In this document: positions 45,943 to 55,546 of the stretch, in pieces
Numbering within the stretch: position 1 is the first letter of the stretch
Layout of the letters: each line of letters opens with the position of its first letter
Source: an uncultured archaeon
GTDB taxonomy: Archaea; Iainarchaeota; Iainarchaeia; Iainarchaeales; JAAZKV01
Length of the DNA stretch: 64,000 nucleotides
Reading direction: 5' to 3'
Assembly (NCBI GenBank): GCA_902385225.1
Contig: CABMEU010000029.1
Location: 41,065 to 105,064, forward strand
Program-made: the position numbers and the translations under genes
The notes under the pieces: model-generated
Databases searched by the model: none
What the model was told of the DNA's origin: nothing
The model's input: the letters and a program-made list of their open reading frames with translations, nothing else

Positions 45943-47541
45943 ATGCCTTTGAAATCAAAACATCATCGTCATTTGCATCGTGCGCATGAGAATCAGGATA
46001 ATGCTTTCAAGAAACCTAAACCACTGCCAAAGCGCTCGCTTAATGGTGCCTTAATTCTTGGGGTACTCGGTTTGGTTCTCGCGGCAGGAATTTTCTTTTC
46101 CGCGGGAGAAAACATGTACTTTTGGGTTCTTTTAATCCTTGCAATTATTTTAACCGCAAATGCAATCCTCCTTCGCTTTAATTTCTCAACCCCCTTCCTT
46201 TTACCGTTTGTAATTACAATGGTAAAAACCAAGCACACAATTAATTTCATTTATTCCATCGCTCATCACTCTAAATGGTTTGAGAAAATATGTCTGGTGG
46301 GAATGTTCCTTGGCTTTGGAATCACGGGTGTTGATTATTGGTATGGGCGAAAGCTCGGCGGGTGGAAGAGGGTAGCACTTCTCTCACTCTCAACAGTTAT
46401 TCTTGGAGTAATATTTGAATTTGGAATAAAGTTTCTTTTCTCAGTTCCTCTCTTCGCCCCATTATATATTCCTTGCTTAGTTGGTTTCCTTTTCCTTGGA
46501 TTCGGGGGAATGACATTCGCATTAATGCTTGGATATGGGTTGCTTTCACTAAATGGAGCATTCTTTGGCCAGCAGTACTGCCCCTCAGTTGCGCCAGTGA
46601 TTCCAGGCGCGCCAATTCCTGGACTTGGGACGGTAATTCCACTAATAGCGTGGGTTTCGCTAGCGCTTGTACTAATTATTCACGAGTTCAGTCATGGAAT
46701 TCTGATGGCTTATTACAAAGAGAAAATAAAATCCGTTGGTCTCCTTTTGGCAGGAATTTTCCCAATCGGGGCGTTTGTTGAGCAGGATGATAAAACATTC
46801 AATAAATTAGATGATAAAAAATCTTTGATGGTGCTAAGCGCGGGCTCTGCAAGTAATTTATTCAGCATTGCAATTGCGGTAATATTAATGGTCGCGATTG
46901 GCTTTGCTTCACAGCCGCTCGCAACTTCCTTTAATGCTGAGTACAACAAGGCTTACAATGGAGTGAAAGTGCTCTCAGTTGAGGACACAGTTTCTTTTTG
47001 CGGAACAACCGTTCCTGCTCCTGCAAAAGGAAAGTTTCTTGCTGGGGATATTATTAATTCAATAAATGGGGTGGATGTCAATAGCCTCTCCGGAATAAAC
47101 CGCGCAATCCTTTCCTCAAGCGGGGACCTTAATTTTTCTATTTTGCGTCTCTCTGACAAGAATGTTTTAGTTCCAGCCTCCGTTTCATTAACACCATATC
47201 TATTCAAGGATTTGAATTTGAAGAAAGTTGGGGTGGTATTTGCCGCGCTTCCGACAGGTTATGAAATGGACGGGGGAATTGTGGCATCAGAAACAATTGT
47301 TCAAATGATTCTGCAAATACTTTTGTTCTGGGCAATACTAAGCTTTGCCGCCGGGAGTTTCAATTATCTTCCAAGCGATCCTTTCGATGGCGGAAGAATG
47401 GGAAAAATAATTCTCGCGCCGTATTTCGCTTTTATGGGGCTGAATAAAAAAGAAACGCAAGTATTAATCGGGAGAATATTTATGTGGCTCTTAGTTATTG
47501 CGCTAGTGCTGAACATGGTTCCATACTTGACGATGATATAA
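45943..47541 (+). CDS. Site-2 protease (M50 family) with a PDZ domain
   Basis: IIHEFSHG (HExxH within a transmembrane helix), the NYLPSDPFDGG LDG-type motif, and a PDZ-like region GDIINSINGVDVNS. Confidence 0.7.
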   Translation: MPLKSKHHRHLHRAHENQDNAFKKPKPLPKRSLNGALILGVLGLVLAAGIFFSAGENMYFWVLLILAIILTANAILLRFNFSTPFLLPFVITMVKTKHTINFIYSIAHHSKWFEKICLVGMFLGFGITGVDYWYGRKLGGWKRVALLSLSTVILGVIFEFGIKFLFSVPLFAPLYIPCLVGFLFLGFGGMTFALMLGYGLLSLNGAFFGQQYCPSVAPVIPGAPIPGLGTVIPLIAWVSLALVLIIHEFSHGILMAYYKEKIKSVGLLLAGIFPIGAFVEQDDKTFNKLDDKKSLMVLSAGSASNLFSIAIAVILMVAIGFASQPLATSFNAEYNKAYNGVKVLSVEDTVSFCGTTVPAPAKGKFLAGDIINSINGVDVNSLSGINRAILSSSGDLNFSILRLSDKNVLVPASVSLTPYLFKDLNLKKVGVVFAALPTGYEMDGGIVASETIVQMILQILLFWAILSFAAGSFNYLPSDPFDGGRMGKIILAPYFAFMGLNKKETQVLIGRIFMWLLVIALVLNMVPYLTMI

Positions 47542-47560
47542 CTCGCGGCATGGGGCAAAA

Positions 47561-47956
47561 TTATTTTCTGCGTAATCTTCTCGCCAAGTTCGCTCTTGGT
47601 AAAGTCTTTGGTTTATTTGCCCGCATTTTTCGCAGTGCATCTAATCTGAGTTGTTGGGTTTCAACAAAATCGTTTTTTTCAAGTATTAATCTGTGCACCT
47701 CGTTTGCAAGCCTGCGGACTTTTAAACTATTGAATGCCTCTGTTGTTTCTGAATCTTTCCTCAGTTCATCTAACCAATTAATTGGATATTTGTTTCTCTT
47801 TTCCCCATCAATATACTTTGAAGCGAGGTTTGGGTCGCTTGCGGAAAGCAGTATGCTTAGCGCTGCGCCAATTGCTTTCTCTCTTGCTCTTATTCCAGCA
47901 GCATAAGCTCTTCTTGTCAAAGGCGGTACAGACTCGCCGATAAATTGTTTAGCCAT
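47561..47956 (-). CDS. Hypothetical basic protein
   Basis: 131 aa, R/K-rich, no motif. Confidence 0.3.
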   Translation of the reverse strand: MAKQFIGESVPPLTRRAYAAGIRAREKAIGAALSILLSASDPNLASKYIDGEKRNKYPINWLDELRKDSETTEAFNSLKVRRLANEVHRLILEKNDFVETQQLRLDALRKMRANKPKTLPRANLARRLRRK

Positions 47957-48393
47957 AAATAAATTACTTTGATCCAGTATTAAAGACTTTTTAATAATTT
48001 AAGTCGCAAAACGAAGATAATAATGGAGAATAAAGCGAGCAATTAACACAAGGGGGAGGGTAATGCAAGCAAACCGGACAAGCAACAAGTTGCTCATCCG
48101 ATCGCTTAGAGAGTTATGTTTTTGGAGATTAGAGTAGGCTCACCATAAGCTACTCAATCTAATTTTTCCGCGTATTACTATCTTTGACATAACTTATATT
48201 TATACCTTCCTATAAAATCTAATACATAACTAATTGCTTTTTTTGCCACTAAACTTGGTTTATTAGCAAGCAGGATGCATTTAACCACAAGTAAGTTGGG
48301 GGTTGATTTAAGTAAAGAATTGGTCAAATATTTATCACTTTGCAACTCAATAAAAAGCGTAATTTTAAGTTTTGAAGTGGTATTTGTAGGTAA

Positions 48394-49437
48394 GTGAGCA
48401 GCATGGGAGTAAATCTTTCTGATTTAGTTGAAAAAAAGGAGCTTTCGCTTGATTTTCTTGCAGGCAAACGAGTGGGAATTGATTCTTACAACATGCTCTA
48501 TCAATTTTTGGCCTCAATTAGGGGTCCTGATGGTTTACCTTTAGCTGATACGCACGGACAGGTAACCTCTCACCTCACTGGTTTGTTTTATCGAACGCTG
48601 AACATGGTTGACATGGGTATTAAACCCGTCTTTGTTTTTGACGGGAAGCCTTCAAAACTCAAATCAGAAACTTTGAAGAAACGAAGAGAAGCACGAACTG
48701 ATGCCGCGCAAAAATCAGAAACCGCTCTTCAGGAAGGAAACTTGGAGGAAGCGCAAAAATTCGGTTCGCGCGCGCTAAAATTAACTCCCGATATGGTGGA
48801 TGAGGCAAAAGAACTCTTAAGATTTTTAGGAATTCCAGTTATTGAGGCTCCGCAGGAAGGGGAAGCGCAGGCAAGTGTAATGGTTTCAAAGGGACAGCTC
48901 TTTGGCGCGGTGAGTCAGGACTTTGACTGCTTGCTGTTTGGAGCGAATCACTTATTTAGAAATGTTGGAATTACCGGAAAACGCAAAGTTGCGGGGAAAA
49001 ACTTTTATGTGGATGTAAAACCCCAGCACATTGAGCTTGACGGAGTATTAAAGCAACTTGGAATCACTAGACAAAAGTTAATTTGGCTCGGAATATTAGT
49101 CGGAACCGATTTTAATGAGAAGTTTCCGCGCATCGGACCAAAGACCGCGCTAAAACTTGTTCAAAAGAATAATTCTTTTGAGGAAATTATTAAGGAAACA
49201 AAGTTTGAACCCGATTTTGATTACAAAGAAATTGAGGGGTTGTTTATGCATCCAGTGAGTGTTGAAGTTAATTCAAAATTACTTGATGCGACTCTCCCGC
49301 AGAAAGAAAAAGTAATTGAGTTCCTCGTTGAGAAGCATGATTTCTCAAGAGAAAGAGTAGAACACACGCTAAACGAGTTTTTGAAGAAGAAAGAAGAAAA
49401 ACAAAAGCAGAAAAGTTTGGGCGAATGGTTTGGTTAG
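48394..49437 (+). CDS. fen: Flap endonuclease 1
   Basis: N-domain with DGLPLADTHGQVTSHLTG, I-domain GIPVIEAPQEGEAQ, and an H3TH. 347 aa. Confidence 0.9.
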   Translation: MSSMGVNLSDLVEKKELSLDFLAGKRVGIDSYNMLYQFLASIRGPDGLPLADTHGQVTSHLTGLFYRTLNMVDMGIKPVFVFDGKPSKLKSETLKKRREARTDAAQKSETALQEGNLEEAQKFGSRALKLTPDMVDEAKELLRFLGIPVIEAPQEGEAQASVMVSKGQLFGAVSQDFDCLLFGANHLFRNVGITGKRKVAGKNFYVDVKPQHIELDGVLKQLGITRQKLIWLGILVGTDFNEKFPRIGPKTALKLVQKNNSFEEIIKETKFEPDFDYKEIEGLFMHPVSVEVNSKLLDATLPQKEKVIEFLVEKHDFSRERVEHTLNEFLKKKEEKQKQKSLGEWFG

Positions 49438-50039
49438 AGTTTCTTAATCAAACTTGTGAGTTCTTTTATGGTTCTAACTTCATAATTTGCATCAAATTCA
49501 ATTTTATTTCTCGAATTGTCATCCTTGTTGTTAAACCAAATCGTTACAAAACCCATTTCTTTTGCGGTGAGAAGATTTGTTTTTGAGTCATCAACAAAAA
49601 CGCATTCGCTTGGAGAGTATCCGGTTTCTTTTAGCATTATTTCAAAGAACTTTTTGTCAGGCTTTGCGGCTTTCATTTCAAAACTCACAAATATTCTCTT
49701 AAAGAATTTTTTAATTCCAAGATTCTTAATCGCTCTTTCAAATAATTCCGGTGTGTGGTTGGACGCCAAAAAAAGAGGATATTTATTTTCAATCTCGCTA
49801 AGCGCCCTAGTTGCGCCCTCTTTTGCTTTTATTTCATCCGCTGTTTTTAGTAATTCTTCCAGTGGGATTTTGGCAAATGCTTCCTTAAGAGAAAGTTTTC
49901 CGCACCGTGCGTCCTCGTACATTTTTCTTAACTCATCAAGAGTTGCGTATTCTTTTAGTTTTGGGTAAAGAATATTTCGGACAATGCTTCCTTCGGTAGT
50001 GAGCACTCCCTCAAAGTCAAGAAAAATTGCCTTAATCAT
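49434..50039 (-). CDS. HAD-superfamily hydrolase
   Basis: FLDFEGVLT (motif I, DxxG variant) and FVDDS (motif IV). Confidence 0.7.
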   Translation of the reverse strand: MIKAIFLDFEGVLTTEGSIVRNILYPKLKEYATLDELRKMYEDARCGKLSLKEAFAKIPLEELLKTADEIKAKEGATRALSEIENKYPLFLASNHTPELFERAIKNLGIKKFFKRIFVSFEMKAAKPDKKFFEIMLKETGYSPSECVFVDDSKTNLLTAKEMGFVTIWFNNKDDNSRNKIEFDANYEVRTIKELTSLIKKL

Positions 50040-50059
50040 TCTATCACATACAAATTTTG

Positions 50060-50632
50060 TTAAACCAAACCTTGTTCCGCTAAATTCTTATTAAGTGTTT
50101 TTGGTTCTGTAAAAAGCATGCCCTTTATTCCATATTTAGCTGCAATATCCAGCACACTTTGCTTATCATCAATAAAGAGTATTTCATTTGGTTTAACATT
50201 TAGTTTTTTTATTATTAAGCGATATGTTTCTTCATCCTGTTTTCTTGAGCCGATTTCTGATGAGAGAAAGAGTCCGTTTGCATTTTCAAATATCTCGGGA
50301 TATTTTGTTTTTATAAAATTCAAATGTAAGGGGTTAGTGTCGGAGAACAAATATCTTTTGCATTTGGTTTTGTTATATAATTCCACAACAGGGTTTATTT
50401 TGGTAATTGGATAATAAGCTTTAGCGTATTTGTCTAGAAATTCGTTCTTTTTGATATTGAGCATTGCTGATGCTTTTTCTGTAAAATCCTCTTTTGATAT
50501 TTTTCCAGAGCCAAATTTGTGGCGAAGTTCTTTGCTGCCTGTTGCATCTTCCCAAAATTCACCTATCTTTGGGTCAGCAAGCAGGACTCCGCCAATATCC
50601 CAAAGTACTGCCTTAATCATTTTATTCACCAA
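50060..50632 (-). CDS. HAD-superfamily hydrolase
   Basis: VLWDIGGVLL motif I and a FIDDK motif. Confidence 0.7.
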   Translation of the reverse strand: MVNKMIKAVLWDIGGVLLADPKIGEFWEDATGSKELRHKFGSGKISKEDFTEKASAMLNIKKNEFLDKYAKAYYPITKINPVVELYNKTKCKRYLFSDTNPLHLNFIKTKYPEIFENANGLFLSSEIGSRKQDEETYRLIIKKLNVKPNEILFIDDKQSVLDIAAKYGIKGMLFTEPKTLNKNLAEQGLV

Positions 50633-50641
50633 AAAAATTGC

Positions 50642-51469
50642 TCATTTGAATCCGGCAAGTATGAATGCAAAAAGACTCACAAGCATTCCTTTTTTTGAGA
50701 GTGATTGGCTCTGTATTGGTTTTTTGTTGTAGAGCGCTTTTACAGCGTATGCGAATACGAGCGCCCCAAGTACTGTGAAGAGTAAATAGAAGTAACTCAA
50801 AGCAAATATTGAGAATGCGCCAATTCCTAAAACTATTGCGAGGATGTAGTAGAGCGCCACAAAGTGTTTTGCGCTTTTTGTTTTCATTGGGAGCGTAACT
50901 TTTGTTCCCTTATCTTTCTTCAAATCCTCAATATCTTTTGTGATTTCTCTCGCCATGTTTGAGAAGAACGCGCTTAATGCGAGCACTACAACAAGCGCTG
51001 GTATGTTTCCGGCAGCCGCCGCCCCGAAAACAAAAGTGATTGCGGTGCCAAGCGCGACAACAACATTCCCCACGTACTTAATTTTGTTCATGAATGCGGG
51101 GTACGCGAATAAGAGCAGCGCCATAATTATTGCAATTGCGAGCGCCATTTGATTGATAAAAATCGCTGAGAGTATTCCAACTAAAAATAATGCGAGTGAG
51201 AAGTATAATGCTTCTTGCGGCAAGATTCTTTTGCTTGGGATTGGGCGCTTCTTTGATAATTTCGCGTCAATTTTCGCGTCAAAGTAATCATTTACCGCTT
51301 GTCCGGCTCCGCAAACGAGGAAGGAAACACCAAACGCAATTAGTGCGAGGTTTAGATCAGTTCCATTTGCAAGAAAATAACCGATTAGTACCGCAATTCC
51401 AGCCATGAAACAATTTCCAAGTCGCATTAGTTCCGCGAATGCGTCAAACTTCTCAGCTAGTCCAGTCAT
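50642..51469 (-). CDS. UbiA-family prenyltransferase, possibly DGGGP-synthase-like
   Basis: NDYFDAKIDAKLSKKRPIPS (the NDxxDxxxD motif with a downstream RPIPS) and a second Asp-rich motif DIEDLKKD. About 8-9 transmembrane helices. The start could be ATG at 51469 or GTG at 51478. Confidence 0.8.
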   Translation of the reverse strand: MTGLAEKFDAFAELMRLGNCFMAGIAVLIGYFLANGTDLNLALIAFGVSFLVCGAGQAVNDYFDAKIDAKLSKKRPIPSKRILPQEALYFSLALFLVGILSAIFINQMALAIAIIMALLLFAYPAFMNKIKYVGNVVVALGTAITFVFGAAAAGNIPALVVVLALSAFFSNMAREITKDIEDLKKDKGTKVTLPMKTKSAKHFVALYYILAIVLGIGAFSIFALSYFYLLFTVLGALVFAYAVKALYNKKPIQSQSLSKKGMLVSLFAFILAGFK

Positions 51470-51474
51470 TTTAT

Positions 51475-51624
51475 TCACTTTAGCTTTGTGGCAATCTCAT
51501 TATAGCATTTAACACACAAATGGTGTTTTCTTACTTTGTTTTCCTTATCTGGAGGGCTCAACAATATCCCGCCAAATTCGCTTAATTCTTCTTTGCACTT
51601 ATCGCAAAGAGGTTTAATGCTCAT
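51475..51624 (-). CDS. Small zinc-ribbon protein, 49 aa, missed by the 60-aa ORF cutoff
   Basis: MSIKPLCDKCKEELSEF...HHLCVKCYNEIATKLK has two CxxC pairs. Its stop abuts or overlaps the UbiA start. Confidence 0.35.
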   Translation of the reverse strand: MSIKPLCDKCKEELSEFGGILLSPPDKENKVRKHHLCVKCYNEIATKLK

Positions 51625-51749
51625 GCAGTAATTATGCTCAGGGCATTATTTAATGGTTTTGAGTAGTTTGATTTGGCGTCAGATTTTAATATTTGGCTAT
51701 CTTAATCTTGTGTATGGTTCTGCCAAAACAAAAGTTTGTTATCCCGAGA

Positions 51750-52619
51750 ATGAAAACCGCACGGCAGTTTCTCTCGCCTGTGCAGTCAAACCAAATATTT
51801 TCAGACAATAGAAAAACACAGCTGTTTCGAAATCTTTTATCTAGGTCACTTGGTTTGAATGCGGTTCCGGAGATAAAGTTAAGGTCAGCGGCGAGGACTG
51901 CTGCAAGAATAGTGCTTGAAGAAAGAAACGCACTTAAGCTGGTGCAAGTTAAAAAAGGCAAGTATCAAACCCTGACTGAGTCATTTGCACAGCATGTGAG
52001 ACTAAAAATTCCGGTTGTCTTTAAGAGTGGTGTGAGAGCAAGGATTGAATTTGTGACTGGCGGACCCATTCATGAATTTAGGGAACATTTTGAGCGCTCC
52101 ATTCGTGTAATGGTGAAACCAATCGGACTTGACCAAGCATCAGTGAGAGAGTTAAATACATTAGTCTCTTCACGCGATTATATTAACGAACTCGCGGGTT
52201 CGATTGGCTATTTGGGGCTTAATTTTGCTGAGCAACAGGTTGGCATAGCTAAAGGCAATGCTGTATTGGACCGTATCGCATTTATTTCTGTAGCCCAGGA
52301 GAGAGGGCTTCCTTCGCTTAAAAATAATGTGCGAAAAAGATATTCTGATTGGGCATTTGAAACTATTTCTGTTGTGGAGGAGGAAGCAAAACGCCTCGGG
52401 ATTAAAAGAATTGCATTTATTGATCAATCCTACTTTACCGGCGGGGCATGGTCAAGTCCGGAACTGGATGCGCACATACTGAAAAAATACGGGCACATTA
52501 AAACGCGTTTGTTAAAGAATGGCTGGAGAAGTATTGATGGTAAGTCATTTGTGGCATTTGATGATTATGATAACAAAATAGGGTTTGGGTTTTTGCCCGT
52601 GCTCGTTAAGGAATTATGA
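51750..52619 (+). CDS. Hypothetical protein
   Basis: ORF of about 290 aa with good coding appearance and no motif. The track ORF starts at 51693. Confidence 0.3.
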   Translation: MKTARQFLSPVQSNQIFSDNRKTQLFRNLLSRSLGLNAVPEIKLRSAARTAARIVLEERNALKLVQVKKGKYQTLTESFAQHVRLKIPVVFKSGVRARIEFVTGGPIHEFREHFERSIRVMVKPIGLDQASVRELNTLVSSRDYINELAGSIGYLGLNFAEQQVGIAKGNAVLDRIAFISVAQERGLPSLKNNVRKRYSDWAFETISVVEEEAKRLGIKRIAFIDQSYFTGGAWSSPELDAHILKKYGHIKTRLLKNGWRSIDGKSFVAFDDYDNKIGFGFLPVLVKEL

Positions 52620-52658
52620 GAAATAACTCTAAGAACCAAACTTATTTTCTGCCTTTTA

Positions 52659-52802
52659 TTAAGCAGCAGCTTTTCTTTTCTTTTTCTTTAGTCTTAGTCT
52701 CTGTGAGCCGCATTTTCTGCACTGCGGAGGTTTTCCTGAAGAGGACCTGTTAGTAGCATTGCATCTCTGGCAGACGAATACGTTATTGAATCTTCTTGCC
52801 AT
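52659..52802 (-). CDS. rpl40e: Ribosomal protein L40e
   Basis: MARRFNNVFVCQRCNATNR...CRKCGSQRLRLKKKKR. Zinc-ribbon pattern and basic tail match archaeal L40e. The start is trimmed to MARRF. Confidence 0.7.
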   Translation of the reverse strand: MARRFNNVFVCQRCNATNRSSSGKPPQCRKCGSQRLRLKKKKRKAAA

Positions 52803-52917
52803 TGATTCCTTAAAGTCAACCATTCCACGCTCACCTAATAACAAAAACAAAAACACAAACCTTTATAAACGATTTCCGTTGCTTCTTTTTTACCAAGGAA
52901 AAGATAATGAATTCTTT

Positions 52918-52990
52918 TTCAAAAACTGCCCCGATAGTGCAGTGGTCAAGCACATGAGCCTTTCAAGCTTGTAACCCGGGTTCGAATCCC
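52918..52990 (+). tRNA. tRNA-Glu (anticodon UUC)
   Basis: Manual fold: acceptor gccccga/tcggggt with a G1-U72 wobble. D-stem gtgc/gcac. Anticodon stem tgagc/gcttg with loop cTTTCaa, anticodon TTC. Variable loop taac. T-arm ccggg-ttcgaat-cccgg. Discriminator a. CCA is not encoded. Confidence 0.7.
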
Positions 52991-53014
52991 GGTCGGGGTA
53001 TTAAACGAATCCGT

Positions 53015-53917
53015 TTAGTTTAATTTGGTTCTGTAGTCCAGCATGCCGCATGCTGCGTCAATATCGGAGCCAAGAAGGTCTCTGATTGTAGTCATTATTC
53101 CCTTGGAATTCATGAGTTTCATAATTTCTGCGTATTTCTTGTCTGGCGGTGACGAGAATGCTTTTCCAATGTTTTCAGAGTATTTTGTGAGTTTAACTTC
53201 TGCATCAAATTTTTTTGCAAGGCTGATTAGTTTCTTAATGTGCTTTTTGGAATAATTGTTTTTCCCGCTTGGAAAGTTTAACAGCATATAATTTATCTTA
53301 AGTTTTTTTCCAAAGAAGTCCGCTAGTTCCTTGAATTTTGGCAAAATTTCTTCTATTTTGTATTTTTTGCCCAGATTTGGAATTAGCATCGCGCGTTCTT
53401 TGTCATATGGGCTGTGGAGCGATAATTGTATTCTGAATTCTACTTCGGGCATATTTTTCTTGTTTTTTAGAACCATTTCTTTGTATGGTTTAATCAAATT
53501 CAAGTTTCCAGCCGAGCTAATCCTAAAGACAATTCTGCGGAATCTGCTCTTTTTTCTTTTGAATGAAAGGAATCCGTTAATGCAGTTCTTAAGATTGTAG
53601 CTGGCTTCTCCCATGCCTTCAATGAGGATAAATAAGTCCTCGGGTTTTTTATCAAGAATCAGTTTTTTCATCGCCAAAATTCCTGAGTTTATTTGCTCGG
53701 TTATTTCATTTTTTGTTAAATTCCTGACAAACGGCGCGTCTCCTGTGGCGCAGAATGCGCATTTCTCAATGCAACCAACTTGTGATGAAACACAGAGATT
53801 TATTGAATTCACTTTGGCATCGTAGAATGAAACAGTGTAAAAGTGTTTGCCGTGTTTGTCCTCGAATGTTATCTTCTTCAATGGATCCGTTTTTGAATTT
53901 ATTATAATTTCTTTCAT
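53015..53917 (-). CDS. RlmN/Cfr-family radical SAM RNA methyltransferase-like enzyme
   Basis: SSQVGCIEKCAFCATGD matches the RlmN SSQVGCxxxCxFCxTG signature. At 300 aa it is shorter than bacterial RlmN. Confidence 0.7.
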   Translation of the reverse strand: MKEIIINSKTDPLKKITFEDKHGKHFYTVSFYDAKVNSINLCVSSQVGCIEKCAFCATGDAPFVRNLTKNEITEQINSGILAMKKLILDKKPEDLFILIEGMGEASYNLKNCINGFLSFKRKKSRFRRIVFRISSAGNLNLIKPYKEMVLKNKKNMPEVEFRIQLSLHSPYDKERAMLIPNLGKKYKIEEILPKFKELADFFGKKLKINYMLLNFPSGKNNYSKKHIKKLISLAKKFDAEVKLTKYSENIGKAFSSPPDKKYAEIMKLMNSKGIMTTIRDLLGSDIDAACGMLDYRTKLN

Positions 53918-53989
53918 AAATATTAATTTTGTTTGGGGCTTTTTAGCAGCCCCACCGCACTGACACTGAAATTATAATTAAAACCATTC

Positions 53990-55546
53990 TTATACCTTTT
54001 TTTTGTGCTTGATTCTCACTCCTTTTTTCATATACACTAGTCTTTCTGTCAGTCTTTTCTCAATGCCTATTTCTTTCAGCGGGAGCTGCGATAAACCCTG
54101 TATTCTTGAGTGCTTGTTAAATTTATTATAATTCTTTATGGCGAGAGTGATCTTGGCTTTTGGCAAAGTGTAGTGGCCAAGGCGTATTAACTCAAGAAGG
54201 TCACGCCACTTTATGCCTGAATTAATATTTTTTGAATATTGGTCGACTATGCTATAATCTGATTTAAGGTACTTTGACTTAACTTCTTCTTTTGTTGATT
54301 TTATAAGCGAAACTAATTCTTTTGGCATGCAGTCTAATACATCATAATTTACCCTGCCTTCTTTTAGGTAATCCTGAGTTACCCGAATCGAGTAATATAA
54401 CTTTAAACGGTCTTCTTCAAACAGCGATGAACTTGCAAAATCGCGCAGACTAATGGCTTTCATTCGGAGCATTGATTTTGGGTCAACCTCAAGAATTATT
54501 TTCTCCCGGTATTTCGCTCCTTTTTCAATAAATGAAAGCCTGAGGGGGTCGCTAAAAGTCGAATCGAGTATTTTCTCATAACTGTCCTCATACAAATTAA
54601 ATAAACCGTCCAATGATTGGTTTTGCCAGGTGGTAATATTCCCATTATAATAAACGCTCCAGTCGAGCCCCTTTGAGCCGTTTGTGTTGAAAACAACTGA
54701 AGGAAAATAATCTTCTGATTCTTTTAGGTCTTTGTCAAAAACATTCGTTGCTTTTTGGCAGTCTTTTTTTGAGTTTAAATTAATTCTCAGATTGCAAAAG
54801 AATACTTTGGCGAGTCCGACAACAATTTCTAGTCCCGAAGGAAGAGTAAGCGTGATTTTTTTTGGGATTACTTTAACTAATAATTTGTTATCGGAAGCTC
54901 TTTTGTGCGGATCGCCTTCCATAATTTTCACGGAAGGGTAGTGTAAAAGTAATTTAGTCAGGGTTTTATCGCCAAAAAATGAGTGCAGCTGCAGTTTGAG
55001 GGTGTCGGATTTGGCGTAGCGCTGATTGAATATATCGATTAGATTTCTGGCAGGTTCTAAACCCAAGTTTATTGAGTGGTCCGCGCTAAGGCTGAGGCGG
55101 ATGACAACTTTTGTGGGGGTTTTTCTTTTTTTTATTGTGTCTTCAATGCAGTCCAGATATGCAGTTGCGCTTTTTTTTGTCATCGCCCAAATTCCGCTTG
55201 TGACGAGGACTATGTGCGGCGTATTAATTTTCTCGATGCAAGTGAGCACTGCTTTTTTCATGTCCATTGGCTCTCCGCCGCCTGAGATGTGGAGATAGCC
55301 AACATTTGCTTTATTCGCAAATTCAACAAACTTCATGATGCCTGCGTCTGAGAACTGGTCTTTTTCCCTTTGTGGTCCCCTTGCCGGCTTTGACTTGAAA
55401 AAACAAAACGGACATGCTACGCGGCAGTATCTTGTGAAGAATACGCTGATAATTGATTTTCCTAAAAATTCTTTGCAGTCATAGCGAATCAGTTTTTGTT
55501 TTAAGAATTCTCTTCGGTATTTCTCCGGGGTATTAAAAATATTCAT
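53990..55546 (-). CDS. Radical SAM enzyme of unknown specificity, 518 aa, non-SPASM C-terminal domain
   Basis: CRVACPFC (CX3CX2C) near the N-terminus, and ISGGGEPMD. The roughly 300-aa C-terminal extension has no Cys cluster. The start ATG overlaps the stop of the downstream kinase as ATGA. Confidence 0.7.
   Translation of the reverse strand: MNIFNTPEKYRREFLKQKLIRYDCKEFLGKSIISVFFTRYCRVACPFCFFKSKPARGPQREKDQFSDAGIMKFVEFANKANVGYLHISGGGEPMDMKKAVLTCIEKINTPHIVLVTSGIWAMTKKSATAYLDCIEDTIKKRKTPTKVVIRLSLSADHSINLGLEPARNLIDIFNQRYAKSDTLKLQLHSFFGDKTLTKLLLHYPSVKIMEGDPHKRASDNKLLVKVIPKKITLTLPSGLEIVVGLAKVFFCNLRINLNSKKDCQKATNVFDKDLKESEDYFPSVVFNTNGSKGLDWSVYYNGNITTWQNQSLDGLFNLYEDSYEKILDSTFSDPLRLSFIEKGAKYREKIILEVDPKSMLRMKAISLRDFASSSLFEEDRLKLYYSIRVTQDYLKEGRVNYDVLDCMPKELVSLIKSTKEEVKSKYLKSDYSIVDQYSKNINSGIKWRDLLELIRLGHYTLPKAKITLAIKNYNKFNKHSRIQGLSQLPLKEIGIEKRLTERLVYMKKGVRIKHKKKV

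Noticed and set aside
53990-55546. Calling the 518-aa radical SAM a viperin homolog outright
   Set aside because: Only the generic CX3CX2C and GGE motifs are visible. The length and C-terminal domain do not match the approximately 300-aa pVips. It is kept only as a hypothesis in the findings.
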